Origin: Geobacter metallireducens GS-15
GTDB lineage: Bacteria; Desulfobacterota; Desulfuromonadia; Geobacterales; Geobacteraceae
Direction: 5' to 3'
Length of the DNA stretch: 32,000 bases
Assembly (NCBI RefSeq): GCF_000012925.1
Contig: NC_007517.1
Coordinates: 180,001 to 212,000 of the forward strand
In this document: piece after piece, positions 24,291-32,000 of the stretch
How positions within the stretch are numbered: position 1 is the first letter of the stretch
How the letters are laid out: each line of letters begins with the position of its first letter
Notes under the pieces: generated by a model
Seen by the model: the letters and a program-made list of their open reading frames with translations, nothing else
What the model was told of the DNA's origin: nothing
Databases searched by the model: none
Program-made: the position numbers and the translations under genes

Positions 24291-25081
24291 AATCCCCTGC
24301 GCCGGAGTTCCTCGCCGATAAGCCGCTTTTGCTCCTGGCCGAGGCGGCCCGAGACTGCCAGGTTCCGAAGTTCCATGGCCGGTGCCCCGGCAAGAAGCGA
24401 AACAAAGACCGTCGAGGGAGTGCGGGGATTCTTGATCATGGCAATTTTCAGGTTGGGGCGGCTCGCCCATCGCTGGTGGCGGGCCACGGCGGCAATGGCC
24501 TCGGTGGAGGAGCGGGCGCTTGAGACAAGCTGGAAGACCGACGCCTCCTTGAGGCGGGGGTTGGCGAGGCACGGCTCCACCACCCGCACGTCCCCCTCCT
24601 TCATGAGGGCATCGAGGACCGAGGCGCTGGCCCGGCGGGCAAGGGTGATCCGGTTCCCCAGGGGAGTGGTGGGGAGCCGCTGGACGATGGCCCGCTCCGC
24701 CGCCAGCCGCTGGTCGGGAGTGGTCCCCGGAAGCTCGCTGAGGGTAACGAGTTCGAAGAGGTAGAGACGGGGAAGGAGCGACAGGGCTACGCCGGCCGGG
24801 GTTGCAGGATTCTGGACCAGGGCCACGGTCAGGTTGTGGTTCCCCGCCACCGTATCAAGCCCAGCCACGGTCCTGAGGAGATCCTCGGTCAGGTCCCGGC
24901 GCCCCAGGAGGGCGAGGAGGTGGTTACCGTCCAGGGCGGGGTTCCGGAGGGCCGCCCGGAGCACCTCGGGGGAGGAGTCGAGGATTGCCTCGAAGAGCTC
25001 CTCCTTGCCGCAGGTGAGGGCCCGGTGGAGCCGCCGTGACAATTCAGGGTCCAGGTGTGTACTTTTTGCGCTCCTCTCCAT
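24287..25081 (-). CDS. helical-repeat protein (leucine-rich-variant/HEAT-like N-P-x-x-P repeats)
   Basis: Repeating LRNPALDGNHLLALL, VQNPATPAGVALSLL, LANPRLKEASVFQLV, IKNPRTPSTVFVSLL. The start is uncertain (25081, 25096 or 25123). It lies directly downstream of the MerA-like gene on the - strand. Confidence 0.65.
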   Translation of the reverse strand: MERSAKSTHLDPELSRRLHRALTCGKEELFEAILDSSPEVLRAALRNPALDGNHLLALLGRRDLTEDLLRTVAGLDTVAGNHNLTVALVQNPATPAGVALSLLPRLYLFELVTLSELPGTTPDQRLAAERAIVQRLPTTPLGNRITLARRASASVLDALMKEGDVRVVEPCLANPRLKEASVFQLVSSARSSTEAIAAVARHQRWASRPNLKIAMIKNPRTPSTVFVSLLAGAPAMELRNLAVSGRLGQEQKRLIGEELRRRGF

Positions 25082-25112
25082 GGCCCGCCCCGTCATGATC
25101 CGTGTGGAACAG

Positions 25113-26522
25113 CTATTCGGCACAGCACGACAACCGGCTGATATCCCTACTGAATCCCTGGGCGCAGAGCCTCAGGCCCTCCCCCATCGAAGGATAGACA
25201 TGCAACGCGTTTGCCAGATCCTCCACCGTGGCCCGGAAGCGGATGGCCAGGGCTGCCTCGTTGATGATGTCCGCTCCCCGGTGGCAGGCCAGATGCACCC
25301 CCAGGAGACGGCCCGTGGCCTTGTCCGCCACCATCTTGATGACCCCGGCTGTGTGGCCGGTGACGTGGGCCTTGGGGATGGCCGCCACCGGCATCACATT
25401 CACGACCACGTCGAAGCCGGCGGCTTTGGCACCCTCTTCGGTGTGCCCCACCATCCCCACCTCCGGGTCGGTGAAGATGGCCATGGGAGCGCTCAAAAAA
25501 TCCATGGAGCAGCCGCAGCCGGGGTTCAGCATGTCGTCCACCGCCACGATCCCTTCCCGGGCGCCGACCGTGGCGATCATCATCCCGCCGGTGCAGTCGC
25601 CGGCGGCCCAGATACCCGGCGCCGTGGTCCGCATCCGTTCATCCACCGTCACGAACCCCCGCGGGTCGGTTTCAACCCCGGCCAGCTCCAGCCCGATCCC
25701 GTTGGTGGCCGGAGCCGTTCCCGTCGCCACGAGGAGCTTTTCGGCGGTGAAGCTCACCCGCTCCCCGTCCCGTTCCGCCTCCACGCGCACCCCGGCCCCG
25801 TCCTGGGCCGCCAAGCAGATCGTGGTGCGGCAGACGATCTTCATTCCCTCCGCCCGCAGAAAGTCACGCACCGCCAGGGCCGGCTCCGGCTCCACCGGCC
25901 CCAGGATGCGGGGACCGTGCTCCAGGATCGTTACCTTGGCGCCGAGGCGCTGGAACATCTGCCCCATTTCCACGGCGATGACCCCGCCGCCGATGATGAC
26001 AAGGGACTGAGGAATGGTCTTGAGGAGGAGAGTCCCCCGGCTCGTGAGAAAGGGGGTCGATTCCAAACCAGGAATCCGCGGGACCCGGGGATCCCCCCCC
26101 ACGGCCACCAGAAACCGCTCGCTCCTGATCTCCCGGTCCCCCACCTCCAGCCGGTCGGGCCCTAGGAAGCGGCCGGTCCCCTTCACCAGTTGAAGCCCCG
26201 GCACATCCTGGAGGATATCAAGGTATTTCGTCTGGCGGAGATGCCCCACCACCTGATCTTTGCGGGCCATGAGGCGCTCTAGAACCACCGTCCCGCCGCA
26301 TTCCCCGAGCCCGAGCCTTGCCCCGAGCTTCCCCTCCTGATAGAATAACGCGGCATGGATCAGCGTCTTGCTTGGGACGCACCCCCAGTTGATGCAGGTG
26401 CCGCCCGGCACCCCCTTTTCCACCATGAGGACCCGCGTCCCGTAGGACTGGGCCCTGAGCGCCGCGGCAAAGGCGGTGGAGCCGGAGCCGAGGATGACGA
26501 GATCGTGTGTGTCGTCGGGCAT
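25113..26522 (-). CDS. MerA-like pyridine nucleotide-disulfide oxidoreductase (core only, no N-terminal metal-binding domain)
   Basis: 469 aa. FAD motif LVILGSGSTAFAAA, redox disulfide GGTCINWGCVPSK, NAD motif VIIGGGVIAVE. The C-terminus ...DISRLSCCAE carries the vicinal Cys pair characteristic of mercuric reductase. Confidence 0.8.
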   Translation of the reverse strand: MPDDTHDLVILGSGSTAFAAALRAQSYGTRVLMVEKGVPGGTCINWGCVPSKTLIHAALFYQEGKLGARLGLGECGGTVVLERLMARKDQVVGHLRQTKYLDILQDVPGLQLVKGTGRFLGPDRLEVGDREIRSERFLVAVGGDPRVPRIPGLESTPFLTSRGTLLLKTIPQSLVIIGGGVIAVEMGQMFQRLGAKVTILEHGPRILGPVEPEPALAVRDFLRAEGMKIVCRTTICLAAQDGAGVRVEAERDGERVSFTAEKLLVATGTAPATNGIGLELAGVETDPRGFVTVDERMRTTAPGIWAAGDCTGGMMIATVGAREGIVAVDDMLNPGCGCSMDFLSAPMAIFTDPEVGMVGHTEEGAKAAGFDVVVNVMPVAAIPKAHVTGHTAGVIKMVADKATGRLLGVHLACHRGADIINEAALAIRFRATVEDLANALHVYPSMGEGLRLCAQGFSRDISRLSCCAE

Positions 26523-26603
26523 TGTCGGATCTCCTTTGAGAGAAAGTGTACCCGACCGCAGCCGTTTGAGAAGCTTTGAACAACAATTGTCAGGGAGGAC
26601 ACC

Positions 26604-28610
26604 ATGTCAGCACCAGTACTTACCAGCGAAGACGCCCGCCTCGGCGCCGATACCCTCAGAATGCTGGCGGTGGACGCCGTGGAGGCGGCCAACTCGGGCC
26701 ATCCCGGGCTCCCCATGGGGGCTGCGGACTATGCCTTCCTCCTCTGGCATTCCCACCTTCGCTTTGCCCCCACCGACCCGGAATGGGCCGGACGGGACCG
26801 CTTCGTCCTCTCGGCGGGGCACGGCTCCATGCTCCTCTATAGCCTCCTCCACCTCTTCGGCTTTGACCTCCCCCTGGACGAGCTGAAACGGTTCCGCCAG
26901 TGGGGGAGCCGCACCCCGGGCCACCCGGAGTTCGGCCACACCCCCGGCGTCGAGGTGACCACCGGCCCCCTGGGGCAGGGGTTCGCCATGGGGGTCGGCA
27001 TGGCCCTGGCGGCCCGGATGGCCTCTGCCCGCTTTGCCGACGAGCGCTTCGACCCGTGCGGCCACCAGGTCTACGCCATCGTGAGCGATGGGGACCTCAT
27101 GGAGGGAATCAGCCAGGAGGCGGCCTCCCTGGCGGGACACCTGAAGCTCGGCAACATCGTTTATATCTACGACGACAACCGGATCACCATCGAGGGGTCC
27201 ACGGATCTCGCCTTTTCGGATGATACGGCCGGACGCTTCACGGCCCTGGGGTGGCAGGTGCAGAAGGTGGACGGCCACGATATCGGCCAGGTGGGGGAGG
27301 CCCTCTGGCGGGCCAAGGTGGAGCGGGACCGCCCCTCCCTCATCATTGCCCGGACCCACATCGCCCAGGGCTCGCCGGGAAAGCACGACACGGCCGCCGC
27401 CCACGGCTCCCCCCTGGGCGCCGAAGAGGCGGCCGCCACCCGCAGGAATCTTGGGTGGCCCGATGAACTGTTCCACGTGCCGGAGCGGGTGCGTGAGATC
27501 TGCGACAAGCGTCGGGAGGAGCTTGTCGCGGCCTACGCCGCCTGGGAGGATGAGTTCCGCCGCTGGCGCCGCCGCAACCCCGACAAGGCCCGGCTCTGGG
27601 ACGGCATGTGGCAGAAGGCGATCCCGAAAGACCTGGAAACCCGGCTCCTAGCCGCCGTTGAGGGGAGTACCGGCGCCACCCGCGCCCTGTCGGGAAAGGT
27701 GATCCAGGCCGCGGCCGCGGCAATGCCGGCCCTGGCCGGCGGCTCCGCCGACCTGGAACCCTCCACCAACACCTGGATCGCGGAATCACCGTCGGTGCTT
27801 GCGGGGAGCTACAGGGGGCGGAACCTCCACTTCGGCATCCGTGAGCACGCCATGGCCGCCGTCATGAACGGCATGGCCCGCTACGGCTGCTTCATCCCCT
27901 ACGGCGCCACCTTCCTGGTCTTCTCCGACTACTGCCGGCCAAGCATCCGGCTCGCGGCCCTCATGAAGCAGCAGGCGATCTACGTCTTCACCCACGACTC
28001 GATCTTCCTGGGGGAGGACGGCCCCACCCACCAGCCGGTGGAGCAGCTCTCGTCGCTGCGGCTCATTCCCAATCTCCGGGTCATCCGCCCCGCCGACGGC
28101 CCCGAGACGGCCCTGGCCTGGAACGCGGCCCTGCGCCGCGCCGACGGCCCCACGGCCCTCATCCTCACCCGCCAGAAGGTGCCGGCCATCATGCGGGAGG
28201 AACCACTGGATGCGAAAACCTTCGCCAAGGGGGGGTACGCGGTCCGGCAAGACGGGGCAACGCCCGACGTGGTCATCATGGCAAGCGGTTCCGAGGTGGG
28301 GCTGGCCCTGGCCGCGGCAGATATCCTGGCCGGCGAAGGGGTGACGGCCCGGGTAGTGTCGGTCCCCTCTCTCGAAACCTTCCTGGCCCAGCCCGAGGCG
28401 TACCGGCGCCGGCTCCTGCCGGGCCGCGTCCCCCGGGTGGCGGTGGAGGCAGGGCACGGCGGCCTCTGGTGGCGACTCCTCGGCCCGGGGGGCCTCTTCA
28501 TCGGCATGGAGGGCTTCGGTGCCTCGGCCCCGGAAAAGGTCCTTGCCGAGCAGTTCGGCTTCACCCCGCCCCAAGTGGCCCAGCGGGTAAGAGAGCTCGT
28601 GGGGCGCTAG
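26604..28610 (+). CDS. tkt: transketolase
   Basis: 668 aa. [78 protein letters not shown]. Confidence 0.95.
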   Translation: MSAPVLTSEDARLGADTLRMLAVDAVEAANSGHPGLPMGAADYAFLLWHSHLRFAPTDPEWAGRDRFVLSAGHGSMLLYSLLHLFGFDLPLDELKRFRQWGSRTPGHPEFGHTPGVEVTTGPLGQGFAMGVGMALAARMASARFADERFDPCGHQVYAIVSDGDLMEGISQEAASLAGHLKLGNIVYIYDDNRITIEGSTDLAFSDDTAGRFTALGWQVQKVDGHDIGQVGEALWRAKVERDRPSLIIARTHIAQGSPGKHDTAAAHGSPLGAEEAAATRRNLGWPDELFHVPERVREICDKRREELVAAYAAWEDEFRRWRRRNPDKARLWDGMWQKAIPKDLETRLLAAVEGSTGATRALSGKVIQAAAAAMPALAGGSADLEPSTNTWIAESPSVLAGSYRGRNLHFGIREHAMAAVMNGMARYGCFIPYGATFLVFSDYCRPSIRLAALMKQQAIYVFTHDSIFLGEDGPTHQPVEQLSSLRLIPNLRVIRPADGPETALAWNAALRRADGPTALILTRQKVPAIMREEPLDAKTFAKGGYAVRQDGATPDVVIMASGSEVGLALAAADILAGEGVTARVVSVPSLETFLAQPEAYRRRLLPGRVPRVAVEAGHGGLWWRLLGPGGLFIGMEGFGASAPEKVLAEQFGFTPPQVAQRVRELVGR

Positions 28611-28616
28611 AGGATT

Positions 28617-29216
28617 ATGGGAACCCGATCGAAGCGAAGCGAGCGGTGCGGCCGCTGCCGCATGCATCTGGAGCGGTGCGTCTGCCCGGCCATCCCCCGG
28701 TATGACCTGACGACCCGCGTGGTCCTCGTCATGCACCACCGGGAATACCCGAAGCCCACGGCCACCGGTCCCCTGGCCCTGGCGGCCCTCCCCAACAGCG
28801 AGCTCCGCATCCACGGCGAGCGGGACTCCCTCCTGGACCTGGGCGACCTGGCAACTCCGGAGCGCCGGACCCTCCTTCTCTATCCCGGTGACGACGTGCC
28901 GGTCCTGACGAGGGAGCTTCTGGAGCGGGACCGCCGCCCCGTCACCCTCGTGGTACCGGACGGCACCTGGCGCCAGGCGTCCCGCATGGGGCGGCGGCTT
29001 CCCGGCCTCGACCACGCGGAGATGGTCCGGCTTCCCGAGGGCCTCCCCACCGAGTGGGGCATCCGCCGGGAAAACCACCCCCAGGGGCTCGCCACCTTCG
29101 AGGCCATTGCCCGGGCCCTCGGGATCATTGAATCACCGGCAGTCCAGACCGGCCTGGAGGAGCTCTTCCGCCTCATGGTGCGAAGAACCCTCAGCGCCGG
29201 CGGGCGCGCCATTTGA
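28617..29216 (+). CDS. DTW-domain protein (tRNA acp3U-transferase-like)
   Basis: N-terminal Cys cluster CGRCRMHLERCVCP and the motif LVVPDGTWRQA. 199 aa. It starts 7 nt after the tkt stop. Confidence 0.75.
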   Translation: MGTRSKRSERCGRCRMHLERCVCPAIPRYDLTTRVVLVMHHREYPKPTATGPLALAALPNSELRIHGERDSLLDLGDLATPERRTLLLYPGDDVPVLTRELLERDRRPVTLVVPDGTWRQASRMGRRLPGLDHAEMVRLPEGLPTEWGIRRENHPQGLATFEAIARALGIIESPAVQTGLEELFRLMVRRTLSAGGRAI

Positions 29217-29240
29217 ACCAGACAATTTTTGAAACATACA

Positions 29241-29356
29241 AGCAACAGAGCAACGGAGTAAAACCTGAGAAAGAATTTTTTTATGTTCTCAACAACGGCA
29301 CCCGCATGATTGATGATTTTGCCTGGAGGTTTTGATTCCTCTGTTGCTCTGTTGCT
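29241..29356. repeat. 116-nt imperfect palindromic AT-rich intergenic element (E3)
   Basis: Arms 29241-29258 (AGCAACAGAGCAACGGAG) and 29339-29356 (CTCTGTTGCTCTGTTGCT) are complementary at 17/18. Pairing extends inward through AAAACCT/AGGTTTT. Each arm is itself a tandem AGCAAC-AG-AGCAAC. Confidence 0.65.
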
Positions 29357-29393
29357 CAGTGTTATTTTGCCTGTAGTTTCCAGGAGACCCGCC

Positions 29394-29870
29394 ATGTCCG
29401 CCGCAGACGAACTCATTGCCTTCCTCGCCCCGAAGCTCGGCACCGAGATCCACGTGGGCCCCTGGCTCGTCATGGAGCAGGCGCGGATCGACGCCTTTGC
29501 GGCGGCAACGGCGGACGTGCAGTGGATTCACACCGACCCGGAGCGGGCCCGGAGCGAATCCCCCTACGGCACCACCATCGCCCACGGCTTCCTGACCTTG
29601 TCCCTTCTCCCCTTCCTCACCGAGGCCAACGCCCCGGGGCAGTTCGAGCGGAACTACCCCGGCATGCGGCTGCGGGTCAACTACGGCCTCAACCGGGTCC
29701 GGTTCCCGGCGCCGGTGAAGACCGGCTTACGCATCCGGGCCCGGACCAGGCTTACGGCCCTGGAGCCCCTGGGTTCCGCGGTGCAGATTACCTACGAAAT
29801 CACCGTTGAAATCGAAGGGGAGCCGAAGCCCGCCTGCGTGGCCGAGCAGCTTTTCCGGCTCTACCCCTGA
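29394..29870 (+). CDS. MaoC-like (R)-hydratase / hotdog-fold protein
   Basis: RBS AGGAGA lies before ATG 29394. Track start 29310 lies inside element E3. IDAFAAATADVQWIHTDPERARSESPYGTTIAHGFLTLSLL is a typical MaoC dehydratase block. Confidence 0.8.
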   Translation: MSAADELIAFLAPKLGTEIHVGPWLVMEQARIDAFAAATADVQWIHTDPERARSESPYGTTIAHGFLTLSLLPFLTEANAPGQFERNYPGMRLRVNYGLNRVRFPAPVKTGLRIRARTRLTALEPLGSAVQITYEITVEIEGEPKPACVAEQLFRLYP

Positions 29871-29935
29871 GGCGGGTTGCCGTCGGCCGGTTCCGTGGTA
29901 TAGGTTTCGGAACGATCCGACTGCGAGGTCTGCCG

Positions 29936-30358
29936 ATGCCAGTCCCTCCCGAATTTCCCCTCAGTGTCTTCTACGACGGCTCCTGCTCCGTCTGCGCCAC
30001 GGAGATGGAGGCCTACATGCGCAAGGAGCACGGGGGGCGCCTCCTGTTCGTCGACATCAGCGCCCCTTCCTTCGACCCCACCCCCTACGGCATCACTCTC
30101 GACGCGTTTATGTACCAGATGCACGCCATCGACCGGACCGGCCGGGTCTACCTGTCCGTGGAGGCGTTCTGGGCGATCTGGCAGGCCTTTCCGGCCTCAA
30201 CCCTCTATGGATTCCTCGGTGCCCTCGTGATGCTTCCGGGGGTGAACCTTCTGGCCCGGGCCGGTTACCGGGGTTTCGCCCGCATCAGGAAATACCTCCC
30301 CCGTCGCCGTGAAACGTGCGCAGGGGGGAGCTGCCGGATCGGGCAGCGGGAAGAGTGA
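29936..30358 (+). CDS. DCC-family (DUF393) thiol-disulfide oxidoreductase-like protein
   Basis: VFYDGSCSVCATEMEAY is the D-G-x-C-x-x-C signature of the DCC family. 140 aa. Confidence 0.75.
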   Translation: MPVPPEFPLSVFYDGSCSVCATEMEAYMRKEHGGRLLFVDISAPSFDPTPYGITLDAFMYQMHAIDRTGRVYLSVEAFWAIWQAFPASTLYGFLGALVMLPGVNLLARAGYRGFARIRKYLPRRRETCAGGSCRIGQREE

Positions 30359-30384
30359 TCCTGCACACGAAGGGAGACAAAGCC

Positions 30385-30555
30385 ATGGGTGAAGAGGCGT
30401 CACGGTGCCGGTGCGGCCAGGGGAAGCCCGGCGAGAAGTGTCCCCACTGCGGCAAGGACGAGGAGACGTGGTACTGGTGCGAGGTCTGCGAAGAGGCGGT
30501 CGCCTCCAGCCGCTGCCCCATCTGCGGTCTGAAGACCCGGAGGATGCGCGGGTGA
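30385..30555 (+). CDS. 56-aa Cys-rich zinc-ribbon protein
   Basis: RBS AGGGAGA lies before ATG 30385. MGEEASRCRCGQGKPGEKCPHCGKDEETWYWCEVCEEAVASSRCPICGLKTRRMRG has four Cys pairs (CxC, CxxC, CxxC, CxxC). Confidence 0.6.
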   Translation: MGEEASRCRCGQGKPGEKCPHCGKDEETWYWCEVCEEAVASSRCPICGLKTRRMRG

Positions 30556-30596
30556 CCCTTGCCGCCCGCTTCCCTCTTTCAAGTCTGCCCCCCCTG

Positions 30597-30605
30597 TGGT
30601 AGTAT
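30597..30605 (+). promoter_or_regulatory. candidate extended -10 promoter element for tex
   Basis: TG-g-TAGTAT at 30597-30605, 37 nt upstream of the tex ATG. The -35 region is weak (TTTCAA). Motif match only. Confidence 0.3.
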
Positions 30606-30641
30606 CCTTCCCCTTTTCATCCGCCGAACAAAGGACCATCC

Positions 30642-32000
30642 ATGAGCCTGAACAACGACGTACTCACGAAAATCACCACCTTCATCATCGAAGAGACCGG
30701 CCTGAAGCCGTTCCAGGTGGAAAACACCGTGGAGCTCCTAAAGGAGGGGGCCACGGTGCCGTTCATCGCCCGGTACCGGAAGGAGCGGACCGGGGAGCTG
30801 GACGAGGTGCAGATCCGCACCGTGGAGGAGCGCCTCGGCTACTTCACCGAGCTGGAGGAGCGGAAGGTCACGGTGCTGAAGTCCATCGAGGAGCAGGGGA
30901 AGCTGACCCCCGAGCTGAAGCTCCGCATCGTGGGCTCCCGGCAGAAGACGGAGGTGGAGGACCTCTACCTCCCCTACAAGCCCAAGCGCCGCACCAAGGC
31001 CACCATTGCCAAGGAGCGGGGGCTGGAGCCCCTGGCCGAGATCTTGGCGGCCCAGGAACTTATGGCCGGCACGCCGGAGGAGGTGGCGCTCCCCTTCGTG
31101 GACCCGGCCAGGGAGGTCCCCGACGCGGCTGCGGCCCTGGAGGGGGCAGGGCATATCCTGGCGGAGCGGCTGGCCGACGATGCCGACGCCCGGGCCTTTG
31201 TCCGCCGACTCACCTGGGACGACGGCATCTTCGCCTCCCGGGTGGCCAGCGACAAGAAGGAAGCGGTCACCAAGTTCGAGATGTACTACGACCACCGGGA
31301 GCCTCTGAAGAGCGTCCCCTCCCACCGGATGCTCGCCATGCGCCGGGGGGAGAAGGAGGAGGTGCTGCTTTTGGCCGTGGAGGCGCCGGTGGCGGAGATC
31401 CACACCGGCCTCAAGGGACGGCTCGCGACCCGGGAAAGCATTTTCCGGCCGCTCCTGGAGCGGGTGGCCGAGGATGCCTACAAGCGGCTCATGGCCCCCT
31501 CCATCGAGGTGGAGCTGCGACTTGAGGCCAAAAAGCTGGCCGACGAGGCGGCCATCCGGGTCTTTGCCCAGAACCTGCGGAATCTCCTCCTGGCCCCTCC
31601 GGCCGGGGGGAAGTGGGCCCTCGGCATCGACCCGGGGCTTCGGACCGGCTCCAAGCTGGCGGCGGTGGACGGCACCGGCCGCTTCCTGGAGCACGTGACC
31701 ATCTACCCCCACACCGGCGAGGCGCGTGTCGCCGGGGCGAAGAAAGATTTCCTGCGCCTCGTTGAAGCCCACGATGTCGAGATGATTGCCGTGGGGAACG
31801 GCACCGCCGGCCGCGAGATTGAGCAGTTCGCCAAGGAGACCCTGGCCGAGGCGGGTAAGCGGGTGCCGGTGGTCATGGTGAGCGAGGCCGGGGCCAGTGT
31901 CTACTCGGCGTCGGAGATTGCCCGGGAGGAGTTCCCGGAGCTGGACCTCACGGTGAGGGGGGCCATCTCCATCGCCCGCCGCCTCCAGGATCCCCTGGCG
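30642..32000 (+). CDS. tex: Tex-like transcription accessory protein, 5' part (453 codons); continues beyond the window
   Basis: ATG 30642; the frame stays open to base 32000, so it is absent from the ORF track. MSLNNDVLTKITTFIIEETGLKPFQVENTVELLKEGATVPFIARYRKERTGELDEVQIR is the canonical Tex N-terminus. GIDPGLRTGSKLAAVD is the YqgF/RuvC-like motif. Confidence 0.9.
   Translation, partial: MSLNNDVLTKITTFIIEETGLKPFQVENTVELLKEGATVPFIARYRKERTGELDEVQIRTVEERLGYFTELEERKVTVLKSIEEQGKLTPELKLRIVGSRQKTEVEDLYLPYKPKRRTKATIAKERGLEPLAEILAAQELMAGTPEEVALPFVDPAREVPDAAAALEGAGHILAERLADDADARAFVRRLTWDDGIFASRVASDKKEAVTKFEMYYDHREPLKSVPSHRMLAMRRGEKEEVLLLAVEAPVAEIHTGLKGRLATRESIFRPLLERVAEDAYKRLMAPSIEVELRLEAKKLADEAAIRVFAQNLRNLLLAPPAGGKWALGIDPGLRTGSKLAAVDGTGRFLEHVTIYPHTGEARVAGAKKDFLRLVEAHDVEMIAVGNGTAGREIEQFAKETLAEAGKRVPVVMVSEAGASVYSASEIAREEFPELDLTVRGAISIARRLQDPLA

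Noticed and set aside
24834-26165. 443-aa + strand ORF (and 25228-26010) opposite the MerA-like gene.
   Set aside because: These are shadow frames with no recognisable motifs. The - strand frame carries complete FAD/NAD/redox-disulfide signatures.

Overview
This is a high-GC bacterial chromosomal segment. My hand counts of single 60-nt lines give about 60-70% G+C in most genes. The gene content looks like a Geobacter/Desulfuromonadales-type organism, but that is inference only. The core (2924-22882, + strand) is a complete respiratory complex I locus: nuoA, a triple-fused nuoBCD, then nuoE, F, G, H, I, J, K, L, M and N. The locus is strikingly mosaic. Seven nuo-nuo junctions carry ten extra ORFs: a monohaem cytochrome c and a DUF488 protein (E|F), a membrane protein (F|G), a low-GC PNPOx-like flavoprotein (G|H), an ankyrin-repeat protein (H|I), an orphan small-ORF unit with its own terminator (I|J), a repeat-rich lipoprotein (J|K), and a VIT1-type transporter, a roughly 9-10-haem cytochrome c and a micro-ORF (L|M). 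Two strong intrinsic terminators sit inside the locus. Just upstream of nuoA are two adjacent genes, a BCP-type peroxiredoxin and a Trx2-type thioredoxin. Each has one in-frame TGA exactly at the redox-active Cys position and a downstream hairpin, so I read them as selenoproteins that the ORF track splits. Further upstream are the 3' end of a GltB-like gene, a small ferredoxin and a divergent acetate-kinase homologue. Downstream of nuoN are a small membrane protein, an NlpC/P60-like protein, a MerA-like flavoprotein ending in SCCAE with a repeat-protein partner (- strand), transketolase, a DTW-domain protein, a MaoC-like hotdog protein, a DCC-family protein, a 56-aa zinc-ribbon protein and the 5' part of tex, which is open-ended and therefore missing from the ORF track. 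Three long imperfect palindromic intergenic elements are present. I recognised no rRNA, tRNA, CRISPR array, transposase or integrase. Many long ORFs in the track are GC-driven shadow frames.
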